The notes: a model not told the origin generated them from the sequence alone. A stretch of 64,000 bases of DNA from an uncultured Planctomycetaceae bacterium (GCA_963815195.1 CAWFGE010000008.1:352001-416000), one strand, 5' to 3'; counted from the first letter of the stretch, positions 1-9,710 are shown. Translations and numbers: made by a program.

Positions 1-554
1 CAATTGGATACGCCCACAGAGAATGGTGACACTGAGATTCACATCCTGACCAACTTGCCTGTCAAAGTCGCCAATGCGCGAAAAGTGGCTTTTCTGTATC
101 GCAAGCGCTGGACGATTGAAGAAGCCTTCCAAACTCTGACCGAGGTGTTGCGCTGCGAAGTGGAGACGCTGGGCTACCCCAAGGCGGCGCTGTTCGCCTT
201 CGCCACGGCGGTTTTGGCTTATAACACCTATGCCGTGGTGAAAGCGGCGCTGCGATCGGTTCACGGTGAAGAAACGATCGATGAAGAACTGTCGGACTAC
301 CACCTGACGCAGGACGTGACTGCCACGACGGTGGGCATGAACATCGCCGTGGACGCGGAAATCTGGGAGGGCTATCAAATCATGCCACCTCGAAAACTCG
401 CGATCGAGTTGGTGCGACTCGCGAAACGCATCGACCTGACGCGTTACCCCAAAAAGAAACGCGGGCCGAAAAAACCACAGCCTCGAAAAAAGAGCGGCAA
501 ACGGAATCACCATATCTCCACCGCGCAACTCTGGCCAAATCCAGGGGTAAGTGA
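1..554 (+). CDS. IS4-family transposase, C-terminal part (5' end outside window)
   Basis: LTNL...LYRKRWTIEEAF (IS4 Y-R-W-IE signature) and basic tail KKKRGPKKP. One missing base near 531 would give HISTAQLLAKSRGK with a stop at 554; the ORF-track extension to 864 looks spurious. Confidence 0.85.
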
Positions 555-571
555 CATGTTGAAAGGGGTGG
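1..571 (+). mobile_element. IS4-family element, right end at about 571
   Basis: Transposase stop is followed by a candidate terminal repeat CATGTTGAAAGGGGTGG (555-571) that abuts a truncated tRNA. The left IR is not visible. Confidence 0.65.
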
Positions 572-592
572 GTGCCGCTCCCCTACATCCCG
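570..592 (-). pseudogene. 5' fragment of a tRNA (Pro-like), cut by IS4
   Basis: Minus strand reads CGGGATG-TA-GGGG-AGCGGCA-CCC, i.e. a tRNA-Pro-type acceptor 5' strand, U8A9 and D arm, then IS sequence. The anticodon is not visible. Confidence 0.6.
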
Positions 593-602
593 AGTTGTCA
601 AA

Positions 603-692
603 TAGCCCGGACCACGCTGCGGGCGCTGCCCGGAGTCGAACCCGATCCCAACCGAGTTTCGTAAACTCAGTGCCACATCCCGTGGACAGGCC
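603..692 (-). tRNA. Atypical tRNA-Arg(ACG), disrupted by a 22-bp insertion
   Basis: GGCCTGT / D arm CCAC-GGGAT-GTGG / anticodon arm CTGAGT-TTACGAA-ACTCGG / TCGGG-TTCGACT-CC [22-bp insert 610-631] CGGGCT-A. Confidence 0.75.
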
Positions 693-701
693 AGGTTGCA
701 G

Positions 702-771
702 TAGCCCGAAGTGGAGTCGAACCACTCAACCAACCTTCGGAGGGTTAGGGCCAGAATCCGCTGGCCGGGCC
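702..771 (-). tRNA. Atypical tRNA-Arg(CCG)
   Basis: Acceptor GGCCCGG/TCGGGCT, discriminator A; D arm CCAG-CGGATT-CTGG; anticodon arm CTAACC-CTCCGAA-GGTTGG; T arm AGTGG-TTCGACT-CCACT. No U8-A9 linker, no encoded CCA. Confidence 0.8.
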
Positions 772-810
772 ATGATGGTGTTTTTGCTAGTGTTGTTGAA
801 CTTGCCGAAG

Positions 811-883
811 TACCCCGTAGGAGAATTGAACTCCTATCTGCGGATTGAAAGCCCGCGATCCTAAACCGTTAGACGAACGGGGC
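811..883 (-). tRNA. tRNA-Glu(TTC)
   Basis: GCCCCGTTCGTCTAACGGTTTAGGATCGCGGGCTTTCAATCCGCAGATAGGAGTTCAATTCTCCTACGGGGTA folds as a canonical cloverleaf with anticodon loop CTTTCAA. No encoded CCA. Confidence 0.93.
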
Positions 884-913
884 AAGTTGAAGGTTTCGAT
901 GTTTGAGGCGGCG

Positions 914-944
914 AAAAAACCCGATGCCATTCGTGACACCGGGC
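914..944 (-). terminator. Intrinsic terminator upstream of the tRNA cluster (attenuator)
   Basis: Minus strand GCCCGGTGTC-ACGAAT-GGCATCGGGT followed by a T run, about 30 nt before tRNA-Glu. Confidence 0.75.
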
Positions 945-1078
945 TTCTGATGGTTCCACAGAAATGCCGCCGAGTGTCACAGACGCAGGGGACGCGCGGG
1001 CCGAATGTCCGCCGATTGGGGGGCGAGACGGCCATCGCGTTTGCGTTTTGAAGTGAGACTCGACCCCAAGGACATCAT
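933..1078 (-). promoter_or_regulatory. Putative leader peptide and antiterminator
   Basis: uORF 1078-977 MMSLGSSLTSKRKRDGRLAPQSADIRPARPLRL. GTGACAC...TTCTG (980-959) can pair with CAGAA...GTGTCAC, which overlaps the terminator 5' arm. Confidence 0.5.
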
Positions 1079-1292
1079 TTTTCCGGTTTCCTGTTTTTGG
1101 CCTCCGTGGGCCATTGGTTTGTTGTTCTGCCAGGATAGACGCCCACGCCGGGAGGAGGTTCGGATCTTTTTCGCGGCATGGGCTATTCCCTGTACGCGAT
1201 AACCATCGGCTTTATTCGCAAATGTCGGAGAAAAAAGGTGTCCCTCAAGTTCAGTACTTCCAAAAAAGCTCAGGAAATTGGTTTGGTTTTCA

Positions 1293-1358
1293 AGAGCCGC
1301 GCACGAAGTAAGCGGTTTCAGGGACTCAGACCGCAAGACCGCACTTCGTGCGCGGCTC
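1293..1358. repeat. REP-like inverted pair (AGAGCCGCGCACGAAGTAAGCGG family)
   Basis: Forward arm 1293-1316 and inverted arm 1338-1358. The same unit occurs at 7849-7871, 40088-40112 and 40315-40388. Confidence 0.85.
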
Positions 1359-1744
1359 AGGCCTTTCTTTTTTTGGAACGACTGAAGTTGAAAATCGCCT
1401 CGCATCAGACGCTTCCCCACCCGGCCGCTACCGCGTCCGACCTCCCAAGGGGAGGTGAAAGAGCACACAAGATATTCTTTAACACCATCGTAGTTGGCCC
1501 CCTCATTAGCCGGAAGAACCGGTTTTTGGTAATAAATAAGGCAGTGGCGACGAACTCGACCCGGCGCTGTCGTCCCGAAAGTGAAAGCACCGAGAGAAGG
1601 ATCCAAACTATGTCGAACTGGATGCGCTGGGCAGACAATCCGAACGCGATCGGCTGGCAGTTTGGCAATGTTGAACAGATCGAGTAAATCGAAAACAGGG
1701 TTCCGGTTTCGAGCCCCCCCCGATGCCATCGGCTTTGATCTCCC

Positions 1745-2974
1745 GTGCATATTTTGTTCGTCCATCAGAATTTCCCAGCTCAGTTCGGGCACATCGCCGC
1801 GCACTTGGTCCGCGAACAGGGATTTCGATGCACGTTTCTTTCGGAACGGCCGGGCGGATCCACCGCGGGGATCGAGCGGATTCAATACCAGACAGCGGGC
1901 GGCGCCACTGGGCGGACGCATTATTGCAGCCGGAAATTCGAGAACCAGGTCTGGCACTCGCGCGCCGCGTTCGAGGCCCTCAAAGCCCGGCCGGACATCC
2001 GGCCGGATCTCATCGTCGGCCATTCGGGGTTTCTGTCCACGCTTTATCTCCGCGAGCTCTACGATTGCCCGATCATCAATTACTTTGAGTATTTCTACCG
2101 CACGCGGAACTCGGATCTGGACTTCCGCAAAGACTTGCCTCCATGCAGCGAGCTGGACCGGCTCCGCGCCCGGACCCGCAACGCCATGCTGCTTTTGGAT
2201 CTGGAAAATTGCAATGCGGGATACGCCCCCACAAACTGGCAGCGGGATCGGTTGCCCGAGGTCTTTCATCCGAAGACGCGGGTGATTTTCGACGGCGTGG
2301 ACACCGCCGTTTGGCGGCGGCAGGAAACGGGGAATCGCAAAATCGGCGGGTGGGACTTGCCGGAGACCATGCGGGTCGTGACCTACGTGAGCCGGGGCCT
2401 GGAAGCGATGCGCGGCTTCGATGTGTTTATGAAGTTGGCCCATCGGTTGTGCGGTTTGCGGAAGGATGTTTTGTTTGTTGTCGTCGGTGAAGACCGCATC
2501 GCCTACGGAGGCGACCAGCGCTACACCGAAGGCAAAACGTTCAAGCAATGGGTTCTGTCCCAAGAGAACTACGATCTCAACAGAATCCTGTTCCTGGGCC
2601 GGCTGCCACCGCCGGAACTGGCAAAGCTGTTTTCCCTGAGCGACCTGCATATCTATTTGACCGCGCCGTTTGTGTTGTCGTGGTCGCTGATGGATGCTTT
2701 GGCCTGTGGAGCCACCGTCCTCGCGTCCGACGTGGGACCGGTGCGGGAGATGGTTCGGCACGAAGAAAACGGTCTGCTTGTCGATTTCTTCGATTTGGAG
2801 GCGATGGTCGATTTAGCCGGCCGGGTCTTGGATGATCCCGCGGCGTTTCGGCCGCTCGGTGTGCGTGGCACGGAAATGATCCGGGAACACTACAGTGTGG
2901 AACAATGTCTGCCCCAGATGCTCGCTCTCTACCGCGAAACCCTCGAACAATCCGGCCGCAGCGAAGAGGCTTGA
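1745..2974 (+). CDS. Glycosyltransferase family 4 (GT-B)
   Basis: N-terminus MHILFVHQNFPAQF; RGLEAMRG; HIYLTAPFVLSWSLMDALACGATVLASD (GT4 C-terminal motif). Confidence 0.92.
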   Translation: MHILFVHQNFPAQFGHIAAHLVREQGFRCTFLSERPGGSTAGIERIQYQTAGGATGRTHYCSRKFENQVWHSRAAFEALKARPDIRPDLIVGHSGFLSTLYLRELYDCPIINYFEYFYRTRNSDLDFRKDLPPCSELDRLRARTRNAMLLLDLENCNAGYAPTNWQRDRLPEVFHPKTRVIFDGVDTAVWRRQETGNRKIGGWDLPETMRVVTYVSRGLEAMRGFDVFMKLAHRLCGLRKDVLFVVVGEDRIAYGGDQRYTEGKTFKQWVLSQENYDLNRILFLGRLPPPELAKLFSLSDLHIYLTAPFVLSWSLMDALACGATVLASDVGPVREMVRHEENGLLVDFFDLEAMVDLAGRVLDDPAAFRPLGVRGTEMIREHYSVEQCLPQMLALYRETLEQSGRSEEA

Positions 2975-3079
2975 GGAAAGTCTCGGTTGAGCGAAAGCTT
3001 GTCATACTGCCGGGCCGATTCCCGGTGTATAATTTTCGTCACGCGGATTTGAGTTGCTCTCAAATGGAAACAAATCGTT

Positions 3080-3802
3080 TTGGCGGAGATTTTTCGGCCG
3101 ATGCTACCCGGACTTTACGAGCGGATCCCCAGCCACGCCGACGGCGATCTGACGTTTTTTACGCACGTGCATCGAGATGCCGCGCGGCTGGAATGGATGC
3201 TCGGCCAACTCCGCGGGCATTATCCCGCTTCGCGCGTGATCGTGTGCTCGGACGGCGACCCGGATCCGCAGCTGGAAAAAATCGCGGACAATTCCGGGGC
3301 CGAGTTCCACCTGGGCGAGCGGCTGTATGCGATCGAATTCGGGGGCCGCATCATGCACCGCTTGCTGGAGTTGTTTTTCGAGCAACCGACGGCGTTCTTG
3401 TTCAAGATCGATCCCGACACGGGGGTTCATCGGAGGCTGGCCTGGCTGCCGCGGCATTCGGGCGTGTTCGGGACGCTGCAATCGAATCCTCTGTTGTGCT
3501 CGATCCAAGGCGGTTGCTGCGGGTTCAGCCGGGAGGCCGCCGAGCGGATGTTTTATTCCGAGGCGTTCTTATGTCGTTCGCTCGAGCACCCGGAAACGAC
3601 CTGGGCCGGCCACGAGCCGTTGCTCAAATACATGAAGCGGGTCGGACGGGTCTCGACGGATTGGCTTACGGGATACGTGGCGACCGTGCTCGGCATCCCG
3701 CAGTTCGGGTTTTCCGAAGTGCATGCAACGTGGGGAGGCCACGTTTCCAATCCGAACCTTCGCTACGCGATCACCCATCCCTGTAAGCCAATGCGTTTGT
3801 AA
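3080..3802 (+). CDS. Hypothetical protein, possible GT-A-like fold
   Basis: Coding-like ORF with VIVCSDG and a DxD motif (FKIDPDT), located in a glycosyltransferase cluster. Start may be the ATG at about 3101. Confidence 0.55.
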   Translation: MAEIFRPMLPGLYERIPSHADGDLTFFTHVHRDAARLEWMLGQLRGHYPASRVIVCSDGDPDPQLEKIADNSGAEFHLGERLYAIEFGGRIMHRLLELFFEQPTAFLFKIDPDTGVHRRLAWLPRHSGVFGTLQSNPLLCSIQGGCCGFSREAAERMFYSEAFLCRSLEHPETTWAGHEPLLKYMKRVGRVSTDWLTGYVATVLGIPQFGFSEVHATWGGHVSNPNLRYAITHPCKPMRL

Positions 3803-3854
3803 TGCCGCGGATGATTTCACGCCCCTCTTCTCTTCAATTTCCGTAGAAACCGCC

Positions 3855-4734
3855 GTGCGCCTTTTATTCGCCATCCCGCATTTTTTTGATGCCCAACCTT
3901 CCCAGCGGCCGTTGCATGGCGCGAGCCGGGGCCGAAGCGAATCGCGACTTGCCGCGCTGACCGCTTCGGTGCGGGCGCTACACCAATTATTCGGCTCGGC
4001 GCAATTTATGATGCAGTTGGCCGAACGGCGAACGCGGCCGGCCAACGAACTGCTCCGGGCCGAGGTGCATGTCGTGATTTGCACGACCGGCGGCCAGCAC
4101 CTTTTGGACCGATTGCCTGTAGATCGGAACCTGTATTACCACCATCCGACCCATTCGGAACCGCCGCTGTTGGGTTACGAATGCCAGGCCGTGCTCCGCG
4201 ACCGCTGGGGGAATTACGACTATTACTGTTTTTTGGAAGACGATCTGATTCTCCACGACCCCTGGCTGTTTGCGAAACTCGCGTGGTTTTCGTCGCAGTG
4301 CGGACCGGAAGCCGTATTGTTGCCGAACCGCTTCGAGCGCGGAGCCGAGACGTTGGTCAACAAGGCCTACATCGACGGAGACCTGGCGGAGCGGGCGACG
4401 GCGGGCTTCCAGGATGTGACACAAAACGCCGAGTTTCGAGGCACCGCTTTGGGAGTGCCGGTGGTATTTCGCCGCCCGCTCAATCCGCATGCCGGTTGTT
4501 ATTTCCTCACGGCCGGCCAGATGGCGCACTGGATGAAGCAGCCGCATTTTCTGGACCGGTCGTCGGCGTTCGTCGGCCCATTGGAAAGTGCCGCGACCTT
4601 GGGCATCATGCGGCACGTTTCGCATTTATAAGCCAGCCCGCGAGAATGCGAGCTTTCTGGAAATCGAGCACTTCGGCGGCGGTTTCCTCAGCCAGCTCCG
4701 CCGCCCGGATCCGACCTCCAAAACAACATCCTAG
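3855..4734 (+). CDS. Conserved hypothetical protein, GT-like (YDYYCFLEDD), frameshift at about 4612
   Basis: GTG start RLLFAIPHFF; LEDDL motif; C-terminus continues in another frame as TFRIYKPARENASFLEIEHFG to a stop at 4734. Confidence 0.65.
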
Positions 4735-4907
4735 CCGCGGTTATTGTCAATCCGACATGGCCGATCGGTGTGTTGCCGGTTAGAATAATCCTTCCCTTCA
4801 ATAGATAGGCATTGGCTCAGGCGCGTGGATGAGTCGGCGGATTGCTTCGGTCCGGCGCGAGCCGAATGTAATCGACGGTTCGGTAATATCCAGGAGGTCA
4901 ACCAGTC

Positions 4908-7836
4908 ATGGCGAATCTTTCTGACGGACGTGACGCTGCGGGCAACGGGGACAATTCGTTGCCGAGGGTGTTGGACGAGTTTCGCCGGGCTTGGGAGCAG
5001 GCGCTCGATCGGTTCACACCGCCCAGTTTGGATTGGTTTCTCAATCAGACCGGGGAGCAAGATGGAGAATTGGCGGAGCGTCTTTCCGCTGTGGATTCCG
5101 AATATCGAAACCGGATCGGAACCGAGAGCCGGTCTTCGGCACAATCCCCCGCGCTAAATCCCACGGTGGTCGCTCCGGAAGAGGCTTTCGCGGGGATTTC
5201 CGAAGACGCGGCGTTTGCGGGGACGATCGACTGGGATCCTCCCGAAGAGGACATGGACCCCTCGAACAAACCGTTCGCCGCCACAGTGATTGGAGACACG
5301 GCGAACGCCGACAAAGATCAGACCGATCCGGCAACGGGGCAGGATTCCCATTCCCAAAAGTCCGGCCGGAAGGTTGCGGGCTATGAGATTCTGGACACGT
5401 TGGGCCGAGGCGGGATGGGCGTCGTTTATCGCGCCCGTCAAGTGGGATTGAACCGGCTGGTGGCGCTCGAAGATGATCCTGGGCGGAAGCCACGCGGCTC
5501 CTGAATATCTGGCGCGTTTCCAATCCGAGGCGGAAGCCGTCGCCCAACTTCAGCACCCGAATATCGTACAAATCTACGACATCGGCGTGCACGAGGGCCT
5601 GCCGTTTTTCTCGCTCGAACTGATCGACGGCCAATCTCTGGAAGCGGAACGGGCCAACCGTCCGATGGAGCCGATGCGGTCGGCGAACCTCATGGAGACT
5701 TTGGCCCGCGCGATGGGGTATGCCCACAGCCGGGGCATCGTGCACCGGGACCTCAAGCCCGCGAATGTGCTGTTGACCGCGGCGGGCGTGCCGAAGGTGA
5801 CGGACTTCGGCTTGGTGAAACGCCTCGAAGAGGAGGATTCCGGGCAGACGGCGACGGGCACCGTCATGGGCACGCCCAGTTACATGGCGCCGGAGCAAGC
5901 CTGGGGCAGCAAAGACGTCGGCCCGCTTGCCGATGTGTATTCGCTGGGGGCCGTGCTGTATGCGCTCATCACGGGCCGCCCGCCTTTTTTGGGGACGAAC
6001 GCGGCGGAGACGGTGATGCAACTTCGGCAAGAAGAGCCGGTCCCGCCGTCCCGCCTTCAGCCGAATCTGCCCCGGGACCTGGAAACCATCTGTCTCAAAT
6101 GTTTGCAGAAAGAACCCGAAAAACGCTACGCCAATGCCGAGGAACTCGCGGAGGATCTCAGACGGTTCCTGGCGAACGAACCGATCCTGGCCCGCCCCGT
6201 CAGCCGGGCCGAGCGCGCCTGGCGGTGGTGCCGGCGGAATCCGTATCTGGCGACTTCGGGCGGCATTGCGATCGCGCTGGCGGTCTGTTTGTTGATCGGC
6301 GGTCCGCTGGCGGCACTGCTCATCAACCACGAACGCGAAACCGCCGTCACCGCCCAGGGCCTCGCCGAAGCGAACGAACAGAAAGCCACGAAGAACGCCG
6401 GCCTCGCCCGGCAGCAGCGGGATTACGCGGTGTTGGCCTTTAATATGCTTGTCGAGCGCGTGCCGACCGATCTCAAAAACGTGCCGGGGACCAATAAGAT
6501 CAAACAGAATCTCATCCTCACGGCGATGAACGGGCTGACCAAAATCGAAACCGTCGGCGGCGAAGAAAGCAAGGACCTCGTGCTCGCCCGGCGCACACCA
6601 AGATGGGCGAAGCGCTGCTCGAAGTTGGGTCTCCTACAGAGGCCAACGAGCAATTCCTCAAATGCCACGCCATCCTGTTGAGACTCGCCAAAACCGAAAC
6701 CGCGACGCCCGACTCCACCCACCAGCTTCGGTTAGGGCGTTCCTCCCGCAATCTGGGCAAGGCCGCCGAGCGACTTGAAGGGGCTGAGAAGGCGTACGAG
6801 TTTTACGAGAAATCGCTCAAAGTCCGCCAAGCCGCGCTGGCGACCGCGAACGACCCTTTGCTCGTCAAGCAGGAACTCGCGGACAGTTACGGACACCTGG
6901 GCCGCACGGCCCTCGATTTGGGCCGGCCGCAAGACGCCGCTCGACGACGCCAACCAAAGCATCGCCTATCTGAAGGAGTGCCTCAAGAACCATGAGCACG
7001 ATGCCGATTTGCTCAGGCAGTTGGCCGGAGCGAAATCCTTGCTGGGGCATGCCCACATCAATCTCGGGCACCCCGCGAAAGCGGTCGAGGATTATCGAGG
7101 CGCTCTCCCCGTGTTGACCGAACTGGCCGAAAAGAACACGGCCGACATCACCGGCAAAACCAACCTGGCCCTGTGTTACAACGATCTGGGCACGGCCTGG
7201 TTGCTCTCCGGGAATGCGACCGCCGCGCGGGAAAACTGTGCAAAAGCGGTCCCGATGTTGGAAGATTTGTTCCGTAAAAACGGCGGCGGCACGAACGCCT
7301 ACCTGCTCCGGAAACTGGCGAAAGCCTACTACTGCCTGGGGACGGCTTGCCAGGAATTGAACGATCCCGAAACCGCCAAGCACCTGGAACGCAGCGCGAC
7401 GGCCCGGCGGGTTCTCTTCGAAAAAGCTCCCGAAGACCGAAGCGCCCGGCACGACTACATGCTCTCCTTGGCCCGGTACGGACAAATCGAGAAAGCGATC
7501 TCGCATGCCGATGAGGTCGCCCAGATCGCTCCCCCAAATGCCAATGCCCTCTACATGGTGGCTTGCACATACGCCCTTTCCGCGGCGGCGCGGGAACGGG
7601 CCGATCAAACAGAGACCGGGCCGTCGATTCCCTCGGCCGAAGAATTGCGCAAAAAAGCGATCGCAGCTCTCAAGGAAGCCGCCAGGCAAGGTTACCGCGC
7701 CACGGCGATGCTCAAGCTGGATCCCGACCTGGCCGGCGTCCGAAACGACGCTGACTTTCAAAAGCTCCTCAGCGAGCTGGAGGAAGGCCAGCCGACAGGC
7801 GAAAAAGTCTCGCAGAAATCTAGCGAAGAAAAGTAA
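4908..7836 (+). CDS. Ser/Thr protein kinase with TM segment and TPR repeats (frameshifts at about 5470, 6600 and 6940)
   Basis: LGRGGMGVVY, VAL(K)MI, HRDLKPAN, DFG, GTPSYMAPE, then a hydrophobic helix, TPR-like helices and a C-terminal DPDL. Four ORFs join by 1-bp indels. Confidence 0.88.
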
Positions 7837-9626
7837 GCGAACAGCCCTCCGCTTACTCTGTGCGCGGCTCTTGTGACGAATCCAGATCGGCCGGAATTTG
7901 GAAAAACCGCCCGCAGCAGGTCGTACTTGAGGAACCAAGCCAATGTCGCCCGCGCGGTTTGCCTGGGGACTCCGGCACTTTCCAGCACGGTCTCGAGATC
8001 GGCGATCAAGCAAGTTTCTTCCGCTTGGGAAAGTAGGGATGACAACAGGGCCAAATCCGCGCTGCGGCATTCGGCGACATGGTTTGTCAGCGGAGTTTGA
8101 AGAAGCTCTTCCAACCGATCGGCTGCGCCCGGAGCGGCCGTCACTTGATCGTTCGCATCCAGCCAGCAGGTCGGATAACCCGCGAACGTGTATTCGGGAG
8201 CCGGATAAGCCGCCGGTCCCGCGTACCGCCGCGGGGATTGTGTCTGAAGCCGCAAATAGTCCTGCCGTTCGCGTTCCTGCTCGCGCCACAATTCTTCATA
8301 GGCGCGGATCACGCCCTGCCAGGAGAATTGTTCCTCCGCCCGCCGGCGGCCCGCGGCGCCCATTCGCCGGCGGAGTTCCCTGTCCTGGAAAAGTTGGACG
8401 AGAGCTTTGGTGGTCGCGGCGACATCCACGGCGACGGCCTGGCTGGCGCGGGCCAGAAAATGATCGTAGTTCAAAACATCCAAAACCAGCCGGGAGGTGA
8501 GATCGCTCAACGAATCCCGGACGCCCGCCGTCGGGACCAAAAACCCCGTCTCGCCGGACGCCACCAGATCGCGATAGCCGTTCCAGTCGGAAGCGACCAC
8601 CGGCAGCCCGCCGGCCATCGCTTCGATGATGACGAGGCCAAAGGTTTCCTGAAGATTATCCGAGAGCGACATAAAAACATCCGCCGCCCGCCAGGCTCCA
8701 AATCGGTTTTCGGACTGGAGTCCATCGAGAAACGAGGTCTGCACATTCGGGCCAAAGCTTTTGGCCCCGTCCTCGAATGCCTTTCGCACCGCCGCCGAGG
8801 CCGCCCAGCCAACCATCAGCAAATGCACCTTTTGCCTCGTCTGGGCCGCGGCTTCCGAAAGGCTGCGATACATGGGAAACGGATGAGCCTTGGCATGATG
8901 CGACAACCGGCCCACGAACAGCACGGCGATTTCGTCGTCGGCGATGCCCAGCCGCTGCCGCTCTAAAGTCCGCTCCTCTTTGGTGGCGGGGCGAAACTTC
9001 TCGACATTGACGCCGAGGGGAATCGTCTCCAATCGAATGCGAGGCCGAGGCTGTCCGCCGTGCCGCTCGCGAAGGTGCTCCGCGTAAGCGTCCCATACGC
9101 CTTGGACCATTTCCGCAACGGCCCGCGAGGTCGAGATCAATCGGTCGTAAGGTTCATAAGGCGCGGTGAGCATGCCCCGAAGGACTTCCACCGCCCGCGC
9201 CGAGCAAAGCGTGTGCGTGACTCCCGACAGGCTGAAACCGTGCGGCGGACCGGACTCCCGCGCCCAGGCAAACGCCGGATCGGGCGGGCACGGAAAATAC
9301 AACCGAGGCGCGGGTGGATCAGGAAGAAAGGTTTCAAAAAATCGGGTGCGCTGAATCACGCGGAGCCGGCGCTCGCGATGCCGGCTCGACGGATGCGACC
9401 GGCAGAATTCCGCGATCGATTTCTCGCTGGCGGCGTTGGGCACAAGGGCAAACAACTCCGCCCAATCCCCGTGGCTCAGGTAGGCATCGAGAAATTCCTT
9501 TCCCGCGACCTGCCGTCCCATCAATCCGGCCGGTTTGCCCGCTTGGCGATGAGCCGCCGGCTCCAACGTCTCGCGGTAGGCGCTGTCATCGTAGTAAAGC
9601 GCGATCGCGACCGGTTCGCCGTCCAC
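7758..9626 (-). CDS. Glycosyltransferase family 4
   Basis: GLMGRQVAG, LFVGRLSHHAKAHP, SDNLQETFGLVIIEAMAGGLPVVASDWNGYRD. Confidence 0.9.
   Translation of the reverse strand: MDGEPVAIALYYDDSAYRETLEPAAHRQAGKPAGLMGRQVAGKEFLDAYLSHGDWAELFALVPNAASEKSIAEFCRSHPSSRHRERRLRVIQRTRFFETFLPDPPAPRLYFPCPPDPAFAWARESGPPHGFSLSGVTHTLCSARAVEVLRGMLTAPYEPYDRLISTSRAVAEMVQGVWDAYAEHLRERHGGQPRPRIRLETIPLGVNVEKFRPATKEERTLERQRLGIADDEIAVLFVGRLSHHAKAHPFPMYRSLSEAAAQTRQKVHLLMVGWAASAAVRKAFEDGAKSFGPNVQTSFLDGLQSENRFGAWRAADVFMSLSDNLQETFGLVIIEAMAGGLPVVASDWNGYRDLVASGETGFLVPTAGVRDSLSDLTSRLVLDVLNYDHFLARASQAVAVDVAATTKALVQLFQDRELRRRMGAAGRRRAEEQFSWQGVIRAYEELWREQERERQDYLRLQTQSPRRYAGPAAYPAPEYTFAGYPTCWLDANDQVTAAPGAADRLEELLQTPLTNHVAECRSADLALLSSLLSQAEETCLIADLETVLESAGVPRQTARATLAWFLKYDLLRAVFPNSGRSGFVTRAAHRVSGGLFAYFSSLDFCETFSPVGWPSSSSLRSF
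7831..7871. repeat. Degenerate REP-like palindrome at the convergent gene junction
   Basis: AAGTAAGCG...CCGCTTACTCTGTGCGCGGCTCT matches the 1293 repeat family. Confidence 0.7.
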
Positions 9627-9710
9627 GAGAATTCCTATCCATTCTGTTTGATTGCGGCGGCATAAACCTGGCGAGCCAGGGTACTCAGCTAAAGCGTACG
9701 CGACTCGACC

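Noticed and set aside
977..2761. 594-aa minus-strand ORF (likewise 9988-12048, 30914-32290, 54451-55953 beyond 54762, 59568-60182)
   Set aside because: Shadow or alternative frames of real genes. Only the last 33 codons of 977-2761 are kept, as a candidate leader peptide.
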